Positions 9,747 to 19,529 of a DNA stretch of 64,000 nucleotides are shown piece by piece (the stretch's first letter is position 1; every line of letters starts with the position of its first letter). Location of the stretch: NCBI GenBank assembly GCA_039811685.1, contig JBDHZC010000006.1:96001-160000 (forward strand). The letters are read 5' to 3'. The stretch comes from Armatimonadota bacterium (GTDB lineage Bacteria; Armatimonadota; UBA5829; DSUL01). The notes beneath the pieces were generated by a model, which was given only the letters and a program-made list of their open reading frames with translations, searched no databases and was not told where the DNA came from. A program made the translations under genes and the position numbers.

Positions 9747-10964
9747 CTAAAAAACTTTCTCCATCTGCTGGTTAAGAAGCACCCCGTAAAGCACGTCGTA
9801 AGCCTTCTTTGCTACCTGATCTGCCGGCTGGCCCGCCAGGGTGGTATCCTCCGGCTTGACATCAATGAGCAACTCTCCTCGGGCGGTGACAGTGGCGGGA
9901 TTCGCGCTCTGCCGGACATCCCGCGTGCGCAGATCTTCATTCAGCAGCGCGTTTATGTGTTCAGCGATAGACTTTGCGCGGTCTTCTGAGGACTGATCGG
10001 TCTTTGCGGGGGCAAACATCATCTGCCCATCGAGCCACACTTCAAAGAGGTCTTTGTCCTTTTCGTTCTGCTTGACGGAAGCGACCGGGCCCTTTGTTAC
10101 AGCGCGACGATTGATTGGGATTCCCAGACCAATGAGCCTGGCTTCAAGCTCATGCGCCCGGTCAGCGGCGAAGGGGTGAGTCTGATAGACCCCCCAGTTG
10201 ATGGATGGCCGTAGAATCTCATCGCGCGCCAGACGCTCCATAAAAGTAAGCATGCCAACAGGGTTGTACTTAGACCGTGTGAGCAGCGCAAGACCAGTCA
10301 GATCCGCGTCTTCCTCCGCCTGACGTGAATATCCGTTGAGTCTGGCCAACTGGACAAAGCGCGCGCCCATCAGGACGTTGCCCGTATTCTCCGGCGAAGC
10401 GCGTGCCGCGATCATAGCGACCAGGACCATGGCCAACTGGTTCATCCCTTTGGCCTGCTCCTTGATGAGCGAGAGCATGTGGTGATGGGCAATGTGGGAG
10501 ATTTCATGCGCCAGGACCCCGGCCAGTTCGTCGTCCGACTGGACGTAGTCAATCAACCCTTTGTTGACGTAGACAAATCCCCCCGGCATTGACAGGGCGT
10601 TGACGTCCTTGTCATCCAGCACTTTGAAAGTGTAAGTGAACTTTTTGACCGCGGAAGACCCGTAGGTGGCGGGGAGCTCCTGGGCATTAGCGATATCCGC
10701 CAGTTCCTGACCGATACGCGTCACGCGACCGACGTATGCCTCATCCGTGACCAGTTTGTACTGCTTCTCAAGCTCGGCGGAGGCTTCTTTACCGATTTTG
10801 ACCTCATCCGTGCCTTCTTTGGCCTGAGCAACAGGGGCGAAAGCAAACAAGCAGGTAACAAGAAGCGCGCTCGCCACCAACACAGCGCGAGCGCTAACTC
10901 GGCCTTCTACGATTGCGTTCAGACTGAAGCGCACCGGAATTCTCCTATCACCTGGACTCATCAT
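9747..10964 (-). CDS. Exported M48-family zinc metalloprotease
   Basis: Signal-like N-terminus, NALSMPGG, ELAGVLAHEISH (HExxH), YSRQAEEDAD, THP. Confidence 0.9.
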   Translation of the reverse strand: MMSPGDRRIPVRFSLNAIVEGRVSARAVLVASALLVTCLFAFAPVAQAKEGTDEVKIGKEASAELEKQYKLVTDEAYVGRVTRIGQELADIANAQELPATYGSSAVKKFTYTFKVLDDKDVNALSMPGGFVYVNKGLIDYVQSDDELAGVLAHEISHIAHHHMLSLIKEQAKGMNQLAMVLVAMIAARASPENTGNVLMGARFVQLARLNGYSRQAEEDADLTGLALLTRSKYNPVGMLTFMERLARDEILRPSINWGVYQTHPFAADRAHELEARLIGLGIPINRRAVTKGPVASVKQNEKDKDLFEVWLDGQMMFAPAKTDQSSEDRAKSIAEHINALLNEDLRTRDVRQSANPATVTARGELLIDVKPEDTTLAGQPADQVAKKAYDVLYGVLLNQQMEKVF

Positions 10965-11158
10965 GGACTTTGACGCACAAAGCCAAGCGTACGTTCCTGT
11001 CCACCATTTTGGCGTTTTGGCTCAGATTCTCCCACAAGCCCTATATCGCGTGTGCGCGAGCGCACTTGAGACCGCCATTCCGCCAAAACCCCGTACTCTG
11101 CTGAGGCTCTGTCAAGACGGTAAGGCGGAAGTACACAGTAATTCTGGAGGATGAAACG

Positions 11159-11875
11159 ATGAGTGGTCTGGCACTGGCGGTCTATTTGCTGTATGCGGCC
11201 CAGAGCATTGCTCCGGGCTCCGCGCAGCACACCAGAATCTCCGCCGTAAAACCTGGCATGTCTCAGCTCAGGCTTGCTTCCGATAGCAGCAAGCCCACTC
11301 AGACGGCGCATCTGGTTCTATCTTCCAGTGCTGAATCAAACGCTCAGACGCCAGCGCACAGCGCCTCCCTGACCAGCGCGCCCGCGAATCAGCGAGCGAT
11401 GCCAGCAGCAATGACTGGCGATGAGATACGCTATCTGGAGCTTACAAACAATGAGCGCAGGCGAATTGGGTTGAAGCCGCTCGCTCAGGACCTTCTCCTC
11501 ACCTTCATTGCTCGACGCCACAGCGAAGAGATGCACCGTCTGGACTACTTTTCCCACGAATCTCCCAACAGCGCCGAACGCACGCCTATGCAGCGATATC
11601 TGGCGCAGATCAAAGGTCAGCCCTCCTACGCTCTGGTGGGGGAAAATCTGTTCTACTGCTCGCGTGTGGATGTCAATCGTGGCCACAGGGCCTTTATGAA
11701 CAGCCCCGGACACCGCAGCAATATTTTGGATCCGCGCTTTGAAAATATGGGTGTCGGCATCTTCAAAGCACCGGACGGAAGTTTCTACGTGACCGAGATG
11801 TTTCTGGCCAACCACCAGGCCAGACAGGCCCGGGCGCCCAGCCAGTCCACAGAGCAGCCGCAGCCAGGCGGATGA
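11159..11875 (+). CDS. Secreted CAP/SCP-domain protein
   Basis: TNNERR, ARRHSEEM, YFSH, GENL, FMNSPGHRSNIL, GVG motifs; SD GGAGG. Confidence 0.9.
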   Translation: MSGLALAVYLLYAAQSIAPGSAQHTRISAVKPGMSQLRLASDSSKPTQTAHLVLSSSAESNAQTPAHSASLTSAPANQRAMPAAMTGDEIRYLELTNNERRRIGLKPLAQDLLLTFIARRHSEEMHRLDYFSHESPNSAERTPMQRYLAQIKGQPSYALVGENLFYCSRVDVNRGHRAFMNSPGHRSNILDPRFENMGVGIFKAPDGSFYVTEMFLANHQARQARAPSQSTEQPQPGG

Positions 11876-11886
11876 AAATATAACTG

Positions 11887-12345
11887 TCAGCTGAGCGTGA
11901 AGTCCGCGCCCGCTTTCTGCAGTCCTTCCAGAACCACACGGGCGTTGTCTGAGAGTAAGTACTGTTTGGGCGTGCCGCGATCGCTGTACCCAATAAGCAG
12001 ATCGTCCACCATTGGCCACGGCTGTCGCTTCACAACGACAGTCTTGATGGAATCCAGCGGAATGTCCAGACGGCTGAACGCATTGCGGTAGTTGACGATA
12101 AAGCGGCGGTTGGTGATTATCACTTCCCACGGTGTGAACAGCCACCCAATTAACGGCCCGGATTTACCGAACCTGTGGTGGAGCACGGCCTTCTCCCGCG
12201 GCCGCGGACGCGCTCTGGGCGGTCCAAATCCCCATGCGCGCACGGCTATTCCCAGATAAGCGAAGTCCATCCACGCGCCAAACAGCAAAGCGCCCAGAAC
12301 AAGGACGCCCAGAATCACAAAAACGTAGAGCGGTATTTCTAGCAA
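11887..12345 (-). CDS. Hypothetical membrane-anchored protein with possible PH-like domain
   Basis: N-terminal TM helix, EVIITNRRFIV...LDIPLDSI pattern; TTG start after AGGAAG. Confidence 0.6.
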   Translation of the reverse strand: MLEIPLYVFVILGVLVLGALLFGAWMDFAYLGIAVRAWGFGPPRARPRPREKAVLHHRFGKSGPLIGWLFTPWEVIITNRRFIVNYRNAFSRLDIPLDSIKTVVVKRQPWPMVDDLLIGYSDRGTPKQYLLSDNARVVLEGLQKAGADFTLS

Positions 12346-12505
12346 ATGGTCTTCCTGAAACAGTGAGTGATATGCGGGAAAGCTCAGTCAAATTGCGCCA
12401 ACCCTCAGCACAGGTATTGTAGCCAATACTGCGCTGTCCCTGCCGTCTGTCTCCTCTACGCTCACCCAACTTCGCCCCGGAGGAGCCGCAAGCGGGCTAC
12501 GCGGG

Positions 12506-13408
12506 TCATTTTCCCTCCATCGCCTCCAGCAGACCGCCCGGCCCGGTGTGCGGTATCGTAACATGGTTGACGCCGCGCAGCTCATGAAAACGGATGGACG
12601 GCGACAGCAGTGGGAGCGAGCGCCCCATCGTGACAGGAATGACACGGTCCTGATCGCCGTGCAAGATAACGATGCGGGGAGCTTGGCGGCGCTTCAGCAA
12701 CTGCCTGATACGCGCCCGGTTGTCGTAGCGGTCGCGAAGCAGATGGGAAAGCGGCCAGCCCACGCGGCGCAGGGCCATGTCATACGTGCTGGTGAAGGGA
12801 GAGGCCAGTACGACCCGCTTCACCGGATGACGCATGTCAAAGAGCAGGCTGGTGGCGCAGCCGAGGGAATGTCCCACGCTGCCGATGTTCTGCTCCAGCC
12901 GGGGGACCGGCGTCGCCAGATAGGCAGACAGCGCCTTCAGCGCTCCTTCGCTTCCAGCGAGGATGGTCCCGGGAGAGGGGGTCCCTTCTGAGAAGCCGTA
13001 CCCCGGATAGTCCACCAGAAGAAATCCTGCGAAAGGGTCGCGCCTGCGGGCCTCGTTCACAAGCGGCAACCAGCCGAGAGCGACCGAGCCATTTCCGCCG
13101 AACATCACCCACAGGCGCCTGGGGGCATGGCTCGGCAGAAGAGCGGGTTCCACGTAAAAGGACTTCTGTTGCCAGACCTGGCCATCCGGGGAGATGCTGT
13201 AGGAGAGCGGGACGACTCCGGGCGGAAGCCTATGGAGCGTGCCCGCGGGATAGTGAGCGCGCTGATAGAGGATTCTGCCCTGCGACAGATAGAGTAGCGC
13301 CACCGCCGTCACTGCGGCGAGCAGCAGACTGCGCAAAAAAACAGGCCAGGTGAGTTGCCTGGCGATCAAGCCGCGGAAGCGCGCATGAATCGCATGGGCT
13401 CTACTCAT
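12506..13408 (-). CDS. Membrane-anchored alpha/beta hydrolase
   Basis: FGGNG, DYPGYGFSEG, GHSLG nucleophile elbow, HGDQD, NH; ATG at 13408 overlaps the permease stop region. Confidence 0.88.
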   Translation of the reverse strand: MSRAHAIHARFRGLIARQLTWPVFLRSLLLAAVTAVALLYLSQGRILYQRAHYPAGTLHRLPPGVVPLSYSISPDGQVWQQKSFYVEPALLPSHAPRRLWVMFGGNGSVALGWLPLVNEARRRDPFAGFLLVDYPGYGFSEGTPSPGTILAGSEGALKALSAYLATPVPRLEQNIGSVGHSLGCATSLLFDMRHPVKRVVLASPFTSTYDMALRRVGWPLSHLLRDRYDNRARIRQLLKRRQAPRIVILHGDQDRVIPVTMGRSLPLLSPSIRFHELRGVNHVTIPHTGPGGLLEAMEGK

Positions 13409-14702
13409 ACCGAAGCGCGGCAATCGGGTCCACGTAGGCGGCGCGAATGGCAGGATACAGTCCGAAGATCACGCCCACCCCACTGGCAACCGACAGCGAG
13501 AGCGCAATGGCATGGACGCTGACCACTGTTTTCCACCCTGCGTACTGAGCAATAAGCTGTGCGCCTCCCACGCCCAGTCCCACTCCCAGCACTCCGCCAA
13601 AGATGGTGATGACCAGAGCTTCCAGAAGAAACTGGCGGACGATATCCGGGCGCGTCGCGCCAACGCAGCGCCGAATCCCGATCTCGCGGGTTCTCTGGGT
13701 GACGGTGGCAAGCATGATGTTCATGATGCCGATGCCGCCGACCACCAGCGAAATACCGGCGATAGCCCCCATGACGATGTTGAAGACGCGCTGAGTTTCC
13801 TGGCTCTGACGGATAAGCTCGGAGGGAATTTCTATGGCGTAGTCGTCCACATTGCGGTGCCGGCGCCGGAGAATATCATTAATAACCTCCGCCGTCACCG
13901 GAGCTGCGGCTTCTGAGCCCGCGAGCACCACAACGCCCGACAGCGGCGTGTTGTCACGAGCCTGTCTTGCCGTCATAGCGCGCAGAAGCTGCATGACGGC
14001 GTTTGCATTCGTCGGCACCGGTTGTTCAGAATATATCAGGAAGTCTTTCATAGCGACTTCGATGGGGATGTAGATGTCGAAGTCCTGATCCGGTATCTCG
14101 ACCACAGTGCTGGACGGAACGATTTTCTCCGCCAGAGAGCCGACTACCGTAAACACTTTTCCTGAGAGCTTGACAGTACGTCCTACCGGATTTTCAAAGC
14201 CAAACAGGCGGCGGCGAACTCCAGACCCCAGAACGCACACACTGGCCATTGATATGGAATCATGCTGGGTGAGAAAGCGTCCGGCGGCCAATTCCGATCG
14301 CGTGACATTCCTGTAGCCAGCCGCCGTACCGAGAACCTTCGCCTGAACCGGCGTGCCGACAGTCTGCAACTCCGCCACCACCTGGCGCACAGGCACAACG
14401 TCCACAGCGTACGACAGAACCTGCCTTATCGCCACGACGTCACCGTAGTTAAGACCATACGGGGACTTCTCCTGAGCTTTCTCAAGGGCCAGTCCCGCCA
14501 TGGACTTGCGCTCCACGCGGATAACATCCACTCCGAGCAGCTTGAGCTGAGCCATCGCTTCCAGGCGCGCTCCTTCGCCAATGGACACCATCGCAATAAC
14601 TGCCGCCACACCGAAGATGACTCCCAACATCGTGAGAAACGAGCGCAACTTGTGCGCAAGTATCTCCGATAGCCCGCTGACGACAGCTTCCCAAACGCCC
14701 AT
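13401..14702 (-). CDS. MacB/FtsX-family ABC permease (no nucleotide-binding domain)
   Basis: HKLRSFLTMLGVIFGVAAV, GISLVVGGIGIMNIML, RTREIGIR, GLYPA..A...DPIAALRYE. Confidence 0.93.
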   Translation of the reverse strand: MGVWEAVVSGLSEILAHKLRSFLTMLGVIFGVAAVIAMVSIGEGARLEAMAQLKLLGVDVIRVERKSMAGLALEKAQEKSPYGLNYGDVVAIRQVLSYAVDVVPVRQVVAELQTVGTPVQAKVLGTAAGYRNVTRSELAAGRFLTQHDSISMASVCVLGSGVRRRLFGFENPVGRTVKLSGKVFTVVGSLAEKIVPSSTVVEIPDQDFDIYIPIEVAMKDFLIYSEQPVPTNANAVMQLLRAMTARQARDNTPLSGVVVLAGSEAAAPVTAEVINDILRRRHRNVDDYAIEIPSELIRQSQETQRVFNIVMGAIAGISLVVGGIGIMNIMLATVTQRTREIGIRRCVGATRPDIVRQFLLEALVITIFGGVLGVGLGVGGAQLIAQYAGWKTVVSVHAIALSLSVASGVGVIFGLYPAIRAAYVDPIAALRYE

Positions 14703-14705
14703 AGA

Positions 14706-16112
14706 TCAGGTCTTCTTCACCGAAGGAACAGGTACGTTCGCCTTGCCCGTGGCCGACTTGCCGCCAGGCCGGCTGTTTTCAGAGTCCGCGGGCGTGGCCC
14801 CTCTGGACGGGTCCCGCAGGGCAACCGCCTGACCGGGTCTGAGGCCTTTGGTGACGACGATGAAGCTGTCGTTCCGCTTTCCGACTTCGACAGTGCGCGC
14901 CGAAAACTGCGAGCCGCGTTTGACGTAAACGATCTTTTTCCCATCGCGCTCCTGCACGGCTTCCAGCGGAACATAGCTGCACTTTGGCGCCATGTCGGAG
15001 ATGATCTCGGCGTTAGCAGTCATACCCGGCCGCAGCTTCGAAGGGCCTTTGGTGACGACTTTGACGGTCACCTCAAAGTTTTTTCGTCCTGGAGTTCCCG
15101 AAGACGACTCCCACGGATTGACTTCGGTAGCCAGCGTGGAGATGTCCGTGACACTACCCGAGAACTTCGCCCCGGGCAAGGCATCCACGGTGAGACGCAC
15201 CTTCTGCCCCACCCTGACCCGGGCAATATCAGCTTCATCCACATTCACAGTTACCTGCATATTGGCCAGATCGGGAATCTGAAGCAGCGGTCGGCGCGGC
15301 CCCACAACATCTCCCTCCTTGGGCTTGCGGACGCCGTCTCCCATCCACATTTTGGTCAGGACCACCAACCCATTGCCGGGGGAGAGGACTCGCGCCTGCG
15401 CAAGCTTGCGTTTGGCCTCATCCGCCTGCTGGCGGGCCATAATCATGGCGAACTCGACGTTTTGAAGGTTGGTCTTCTCCTGTTGCTCCTTGTTCTGAAT
15501 CTCCTTCTGTTTGAGCGAAAGGGACGCCTCACCCTTTGTGACCGTCAACTCCTTTGAGCGCACTTCGATGTCCGCCAGGTCCACTTCTGTCTGCGGAATC
15601 AATTTGTCGGCGGCGAGACGCTTTTTCTTCTCCAGTTGTGTCCTGGCGCGTTCAAGCTCCGCCTTATTGAAGTCCAGGTCGGCTGTCTGCTGCTCAAGCT
15701 CGGTCTTGTTGGATTCCCCCAGAATCTCAAAGGCGAGTCTGGCCTTCTCGAGATTGGCCCGCGCGTTGCCATAGGCCAGCGTCTCCTTATTGGCCGCTTC
15801 TTTGAGGGGCTGTTCGTCGAGCTGGATTACCAGATCGCCTTTTGACACTGTCTTGCCCTCCGGGACCAGATACAATATCTTCCCCTCGGTTTCCGGAGAA
15901 ACGGCGACGCTGCTCTGAGACTCAACCGTGCCGAGTTCTTTGACACTGATGACCAGATCGCCAGTCTTTACGAGAGCCGTGGGCACAAAGGCCTCTTTCT
16001 TATCTTCAGGAAACCATTTCCGCCACTGATCGGGCACAGTTCTGTACCCAACCCAGACAACGGCGGCAAACAGCAGCCACTTCACGACAGACCAGAGTAT
16101 GCGATTTTTCAA
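14706..16112 (-). CDS. Efflux periplasmic adaptor (MacA/HlyD-like membrane fusion protein)
   Basis: N-terminal TM helix, lipoyl-like VPEGKTVSKGD, long coiled coil, VDEADIARVRVGQ, LRPGMTA. Confidence 0.92.
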   Translation of the reverse strand: MKNRILWSVVKWLLFAAVVWVGYRTVPDQWRKWFPEDKKEAFVPTALVKTGDLVISVKELGTVESQSSVAVSPETEGKILYLVPEGKTVSKGDLVIQLDEQPLKEAANKETLAYGNARANLEKARLAFEILGESNKTELEQQTADLDFNKAELERARTQLEKKKRLAADKLIPQTEVDLADIEVRSKELTVTKGEASLSLKQKEIQNKEQQEKTNLQNVEFAMIMARQQADEAKRKLAQARVLSPGNGLVVLTKMWMGDGVRKPKEGDVVGPRRPLLQIPDLANMQVTVNVDEADIARVRVGQKVRLTVDALPGAKFSGSVTDISTLATEVNPWESSSGTPGRKNFEVTVKVVTKGPSKLRPGMTANAEIISDMAPKCSYVPLEAVQERDGKKIVYVKRGSQFSARTVEVGKRNDSFIVVTKGLRPGQAVALRDPSRGATPADSENSRPGGKSATGKANVPVPSVKKT

Positions 16113-16121
16113 GGAAACACC

Positions 16122-17693
16122 TTATGACTTCTCAGGCGGCTTCGAGTCGCCTTCGACAGATGTGGACGTTTGCCCGCCCTGCGACGCAGACCCCTCCAGG
16201 CCACCGCCTGACACTTCCGCGGCCAGATCCCGCCCGACGGCCAGGTACAGGTTTATGCGGGAGAGGTAGTAGCTGATTTGCGCTGACAGAAGGCTGCTCT
16301 TTACGCGCGCCAGAGACACCTGCGCATCCAGCAAGTCTCTATTGAGCCGCAAGCCCTCCTCCACCATCCGTTGCGCCGTTGTCAGATTCTTCTGCGCAAC
16401 GTCCAGATTTGCTTCGAGGATGTCAATGGAAGCCTCTGCCGCATCCATCGAACGCGTAGCTTCCAGAACTTCGTTCCTAATCTCCTGGCGCTGAAACTCC
16501 CGCTGCGTCAGGAGCTGATCCAGGCTTCGCGCTGCCATCAGCTTTCGCTCGCGGCGCGAGACGCTGCCCAAGGGCATGGTGTATTCGAGTCCGGCGGTCC
16601 AGCTTGTCGCAGACGTATAGCTGTCTGACCCGCCAAACCCCAGACCGGCTTTCGTGAAGCCCCCAACGGCATTTAACTGTGGCTGAAGTCCGTTCGAGGC
16701 GAGATCTAGATCCAGTCGCTGACGCTTGACGCCAATATCCACGACGGACAGATCTCTGCGCTTCTGGAGGGCTTCCTCTACCAGCTCCGCCGGGTTGAGC
16801 TTCACACGCTCCTGCGGAACCGTATCAATGAGATCGGGCTTTTGTCCCACTTTGAGTCCCATGCCAAGGAGCAGCGCGTCCAGCGCATCCTGATAAGCGC
16901 GCTTGCGCGACACCAGCTCATCCTCACTCTGCGCAAGCTGGATTTCCGCCTGTGAGACTTCGATCTCCGCCACAAGACCCTCTTCCAGTTTCCGCCGGGC
17001 CATACGCACGGTCTCTTTGGAGATTTCTATGTCGGATTCGCTGACCGCGATAAGGTCACGCGCGCGGACGGCCTGGAAATAGTTGCGCACCGTTGTTTGC
17101 ACGAGACTCTGACGCGCGAGAAAAAGTTGATCATCACTCATGAGCACGTCATACTCAGCGTTGGTGATGCCCACGGCCGTATCCGACAGGCTCCCCGCCC
17201 CCTGTATTAGAGGGCGGCGATAGCGAAGCTGCATCGTGGAGGTGTAATTTGAGGTGCTTGCAGGAATGACGGTCGCGCTCAGTGAGTCACCAGAGCGCAA
17301 CTTCCACGCCAGCTCACTGCCCGCGCTGGCGCTCATCTCCGCCGACCCGCCGCCGACTGAGCCTTGTGAGAGACCTGCAAATACGCTGGTAGTCCGCAGC
17401 TCACGCGCGCTCAAAAGTCCGGAGCGCGCTGCCAGATAGCTGACTCGAGACTGCTTGAGCTGAGGGCTGTTCTCAAGAGCCAGACGCACTGCTTCCTGCG
17501 CTGTGAGCTTTTGCGGAACAGGCGCCTGTGACAGTCCAGAGGCTTGTGAGGACTCGGCCACTGGAAAGGATAGGCCCTGCTGTGGTTGAGCATCCGTCGG
17601 CGCCGCCTGCACCGCCGGAGAAAGAAGCAAAAGCGCCAGTGAAATCAGATAAGCCAACGCACGCACTCCCAAAACTGATGCTCGCGCTTCCAC
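16122..17693 (-). CDS. TolC-family outer-membrane efflux protein
   Basis: Signal peptide, LTAQEAVRLALENSPQL, repeated helical OEP pattern (GLVAEIEV / GLRLNRDL). Confidence 0.88.
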   Translation of the reverse strand: MEARASVLGVRALAYLISLALLLLSPAVQAAPTDAQPQQGLSFPVAESSQASGLSQAPVPQKLTAQEAVRLALENSPQLKQSRVSYLAARSGLLSARELRTTSVFAGLSQGSVGGGSAEMSASAGSELAWKLRSGDSLSATVIPASTSNYTSTMQLRYRRPLIQGAGSLSDTAVGITNAEYDVLMSDDQLFLARQSLVQTTVRNYFQAVRARDLIAVSESDIEISKETVRMARRKLEEGLVAEIEVSQAEIQLAQSEDELVSRKRAYQDALDALLLGMGLKVGQKPDLIDTVPQERVKLNPAELVEEALQKRRDLSVVDIGVKRQRLDLDLASNGLQPQLNAVGGFTKAGLGFGGSDSYTSATSWTAGLEYTMPLGSVSRRERKLMAARSLDQLLTQREFQRQEIRNEVLEATRSMDAAEASIDILEANLDVAQKNLTTAQRMVEEGLRLNRDLLDAQVSLARVKSSLLSAQISYYLSRINLYLAVGRDLAAEVSGGGLEGSASQGGQTSTSVEGDSKPPEKS

Positions 17694-17780
17694 TCACCAA
17701 AGATGCGCCATCCACGAAGTTCTCGACACAACAGCGTTCTTCCTGTCACCGATTTGCGTGCAGACAACAGTGCGGCCCAC

Positions 17781-17818
17781 AAAAACAAAGCGGCCAGCAG
17801 TACCCTCGCTGGCCGCTT
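17781..17818 (-). terminator. Intrinsic terminator downstream of the 87-aa gene
   Basis: Minus strand: AAGCGGCCAGC-loop-GCTGGCCGCTT followed by TGTTTTT. Confidence 0.75.
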
Positions 17819-17869
17819 CGAACTCACTATGCACATTTAGGACCCTGATGCTCATCCATGAGAGGGCGC

Positions 17870-18133
17870 CTAGTCCGCCAGCTTCAGCCCTGCCTTTCGA
17901 AGCTGCCTGGCTATCGCGGCGTTGTTTTCAATGATAAGCTGAGCGGCCAGTTCGGCCGAGTAGTCAAACATCCTTGACAGACACTCATTGGCATAGGACG
18001 ACAGAGCTCCTCTCACGTCTCTCGACTGCTGTGTGATGCGGTCGAGATCGGACAGGACAGCTCTGCGGAAGTCTGCCGCCAACGCTAACTTCAGCTCATC
18101 AGCCCGCCGTGTGGCGTCAATGCCCACTTTCAT
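17870..18133 (-). CDS. Hypothetical small helical protein (87 aa), apparently monocistronic
   Basis: ATG after AGGGAG; own promoter upstream and terminator downstream. Confidence 0.7.
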   Translation of the reverse strand: MKVGIDATRRADELKLALAADFRRAVLSDLDRITQQSRDVRGALSSYANECLSRMFDYSAELAAQLIIENNAAIARQLRKAGLKLAD

Positions 18134-18237
18134 GTTTGATGCTCCCTACAACGATTACTCTTTCGGAGTGGGCGGCTCCATATAATGATCTTGAGGAGTT
18201 GGGCGGCTCCTCCTGTTATCTATGAGGAAAGTGCTCT

Positions 18238-18266
18238 ATTATAGATAGAGCCCACGGCGAAGGCAA
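18238..18266 (-). promoter_or_regulatory. Sigma-70 promoter of the 87-aa gene
   Basis: Minus strand TTGCCT-17 nt-TATAAT. Confidence 0.75.
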
Positions 18267-18432
18267 GAGGTTGAGCAAAAAAACTGTGATTCAACAGCAG
18301 ATTTTTTGAGACAGACTGAGAGCCCCTGAGACGAGCCCGATCTGAGCCGGAGCATTTGAGCGCATATGAAGGGCGCCAGAAGCAAGCCCGACACCGACCA
18401 GAGGCGCCGGGCTTCAAAAGCTAATGCAGGAT

Positions 18433-19392
18433 CTACTTTGCGCCCGGGATGACCCAGGTGTGCATGCCTTGTGGCATATGGCATGATGCGCAACTCATCT
18501 CGGGTGTCAGCTTTGGATGCTTAGGACTGGCTACGTCGCTGGCGTGGCAACTGTTGCACAGCTCGGTCTGAGGCTTCTTCAGTTGAGCCGGCTTGTCCGA
18601 GCCTTTCCCGTGCATTTCGTGGCAGGTTATGCAGGTGACGCCCGCACCGGAGTGTTTGCTGTTCACCCACTCGTTGTACTGCTGCTTGTTACCAGGACCG
18701 TTGACCTTGTCCAGAACCAGGTAGCGGCCGAGATCGCTGCCCCACTTGTAACCCTTCGCGTAGCGCACCGTACCGTCAGTGCTTGCTCCGGTCGCGTGGC
18801 ACTGCCCGCAGATCATCGCCTGACGGGCGGGGGCGAGCGTCTTCGGATTTCCGATTTTCGTCCTGTCGGCCGTCTTGGCGTGTGCGCTGCCCGGACCATG
18901 ACATGCTTCGCACGTCACGCCGAGATCCGACCACGCGTGAGTCTGAGGATTGAAGCCTGTGGTATGTTTGGGAATAAGCTCTGTGGTAGCGTCAACGACA
19001 TCCTGCGGCTCCCACTTCGAGGCCGTCTTGTTCCACTTGCCTCTGAGAGTCTTCAGGTCTTTGTCCACGTATATCTGATAGGAGCCGTCGTTGACTATGT
19101 AAGCGACGTCAGCCTGACGGATGGGAGAGTCTTCGTCAAAGGTAGCGAGCATGGCTTTTGGCGTGTCGGCTTTCTGCATGGCATAAGGGTGTTTGGTCTT
19201 CACGAACGCCTCAACAACGGCCGGCGTCTGCACTTTGTGGCAGACCATACACACTTTGTCCATGCCAGCCGTATACGTGGCGTCGGCCGGCGGATCGGCA
19301 ATGGCCATATGCGCAACACCCAGCACAACTGCGCTCAACGTCACGCTACCCGCCACCGCCACTGCAAGCTTTGTCACTGGAGTCAGACCCAC
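18433..19392 (-). CDS. Secreted multiheme c-type cytochrome (6 CxxCH motifs)
   Basis: CMVCH, CEACH, CGQCH, CITCH, CNSCH, CASCH; signal peptide ending AIA-DPP; GTG start after GGAGGAAAGG. Confidence 0.92.
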   Translation of the reverse strand: MGLTPVTKLAVAVAGSVTLSAVVLGVAHMAIADPPADATYTAGMDKVCMVCHKVQTPAVVEAFVKTKHPYAMQKADTPKAMLATFDEDSPIRQADVAYIVNDGSYQIYVDKDLKTLRGKWNKTASKWEPQDVVDATTELIPKHTTGFNPQTHAWSDLGVTCEACHGPGSAHAKTADRTKIGNPKTLAPARQAMICGQCHATGASTDGTVRYAKGYKWGSDLGRYLVLDKVNGPGNKQQYNEWVNSKHSGAGVTCITCHEMHGKGSDKPAQLKKPQTELCNSCHASDVASPKHPKLTPEMSCASCHMPQGMHTWVIPGAK

Positions 19393-19529
19393 TCTGATAA
19401 CCTTTCCTCCGGTTAGAATGACAGGCAGCAAGCCACCCGTCAGAGTACTTTCCCTTTAGCCTTAGACGCTCCCAAACCCTGCTTTCGGCGCGCTTGTATG
19501 TAGCTTTTCTGAGAACAAAATGAGACGGC

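Noticed and set aside
12506..13408. Horizontally acquired island (locally higher GC in the hydrolase gene)
   Set aside because: A few hand-counted lines give 60-68% GC, only modestly above the surroundings, and there are no flanking repeats, integrase or transposase.
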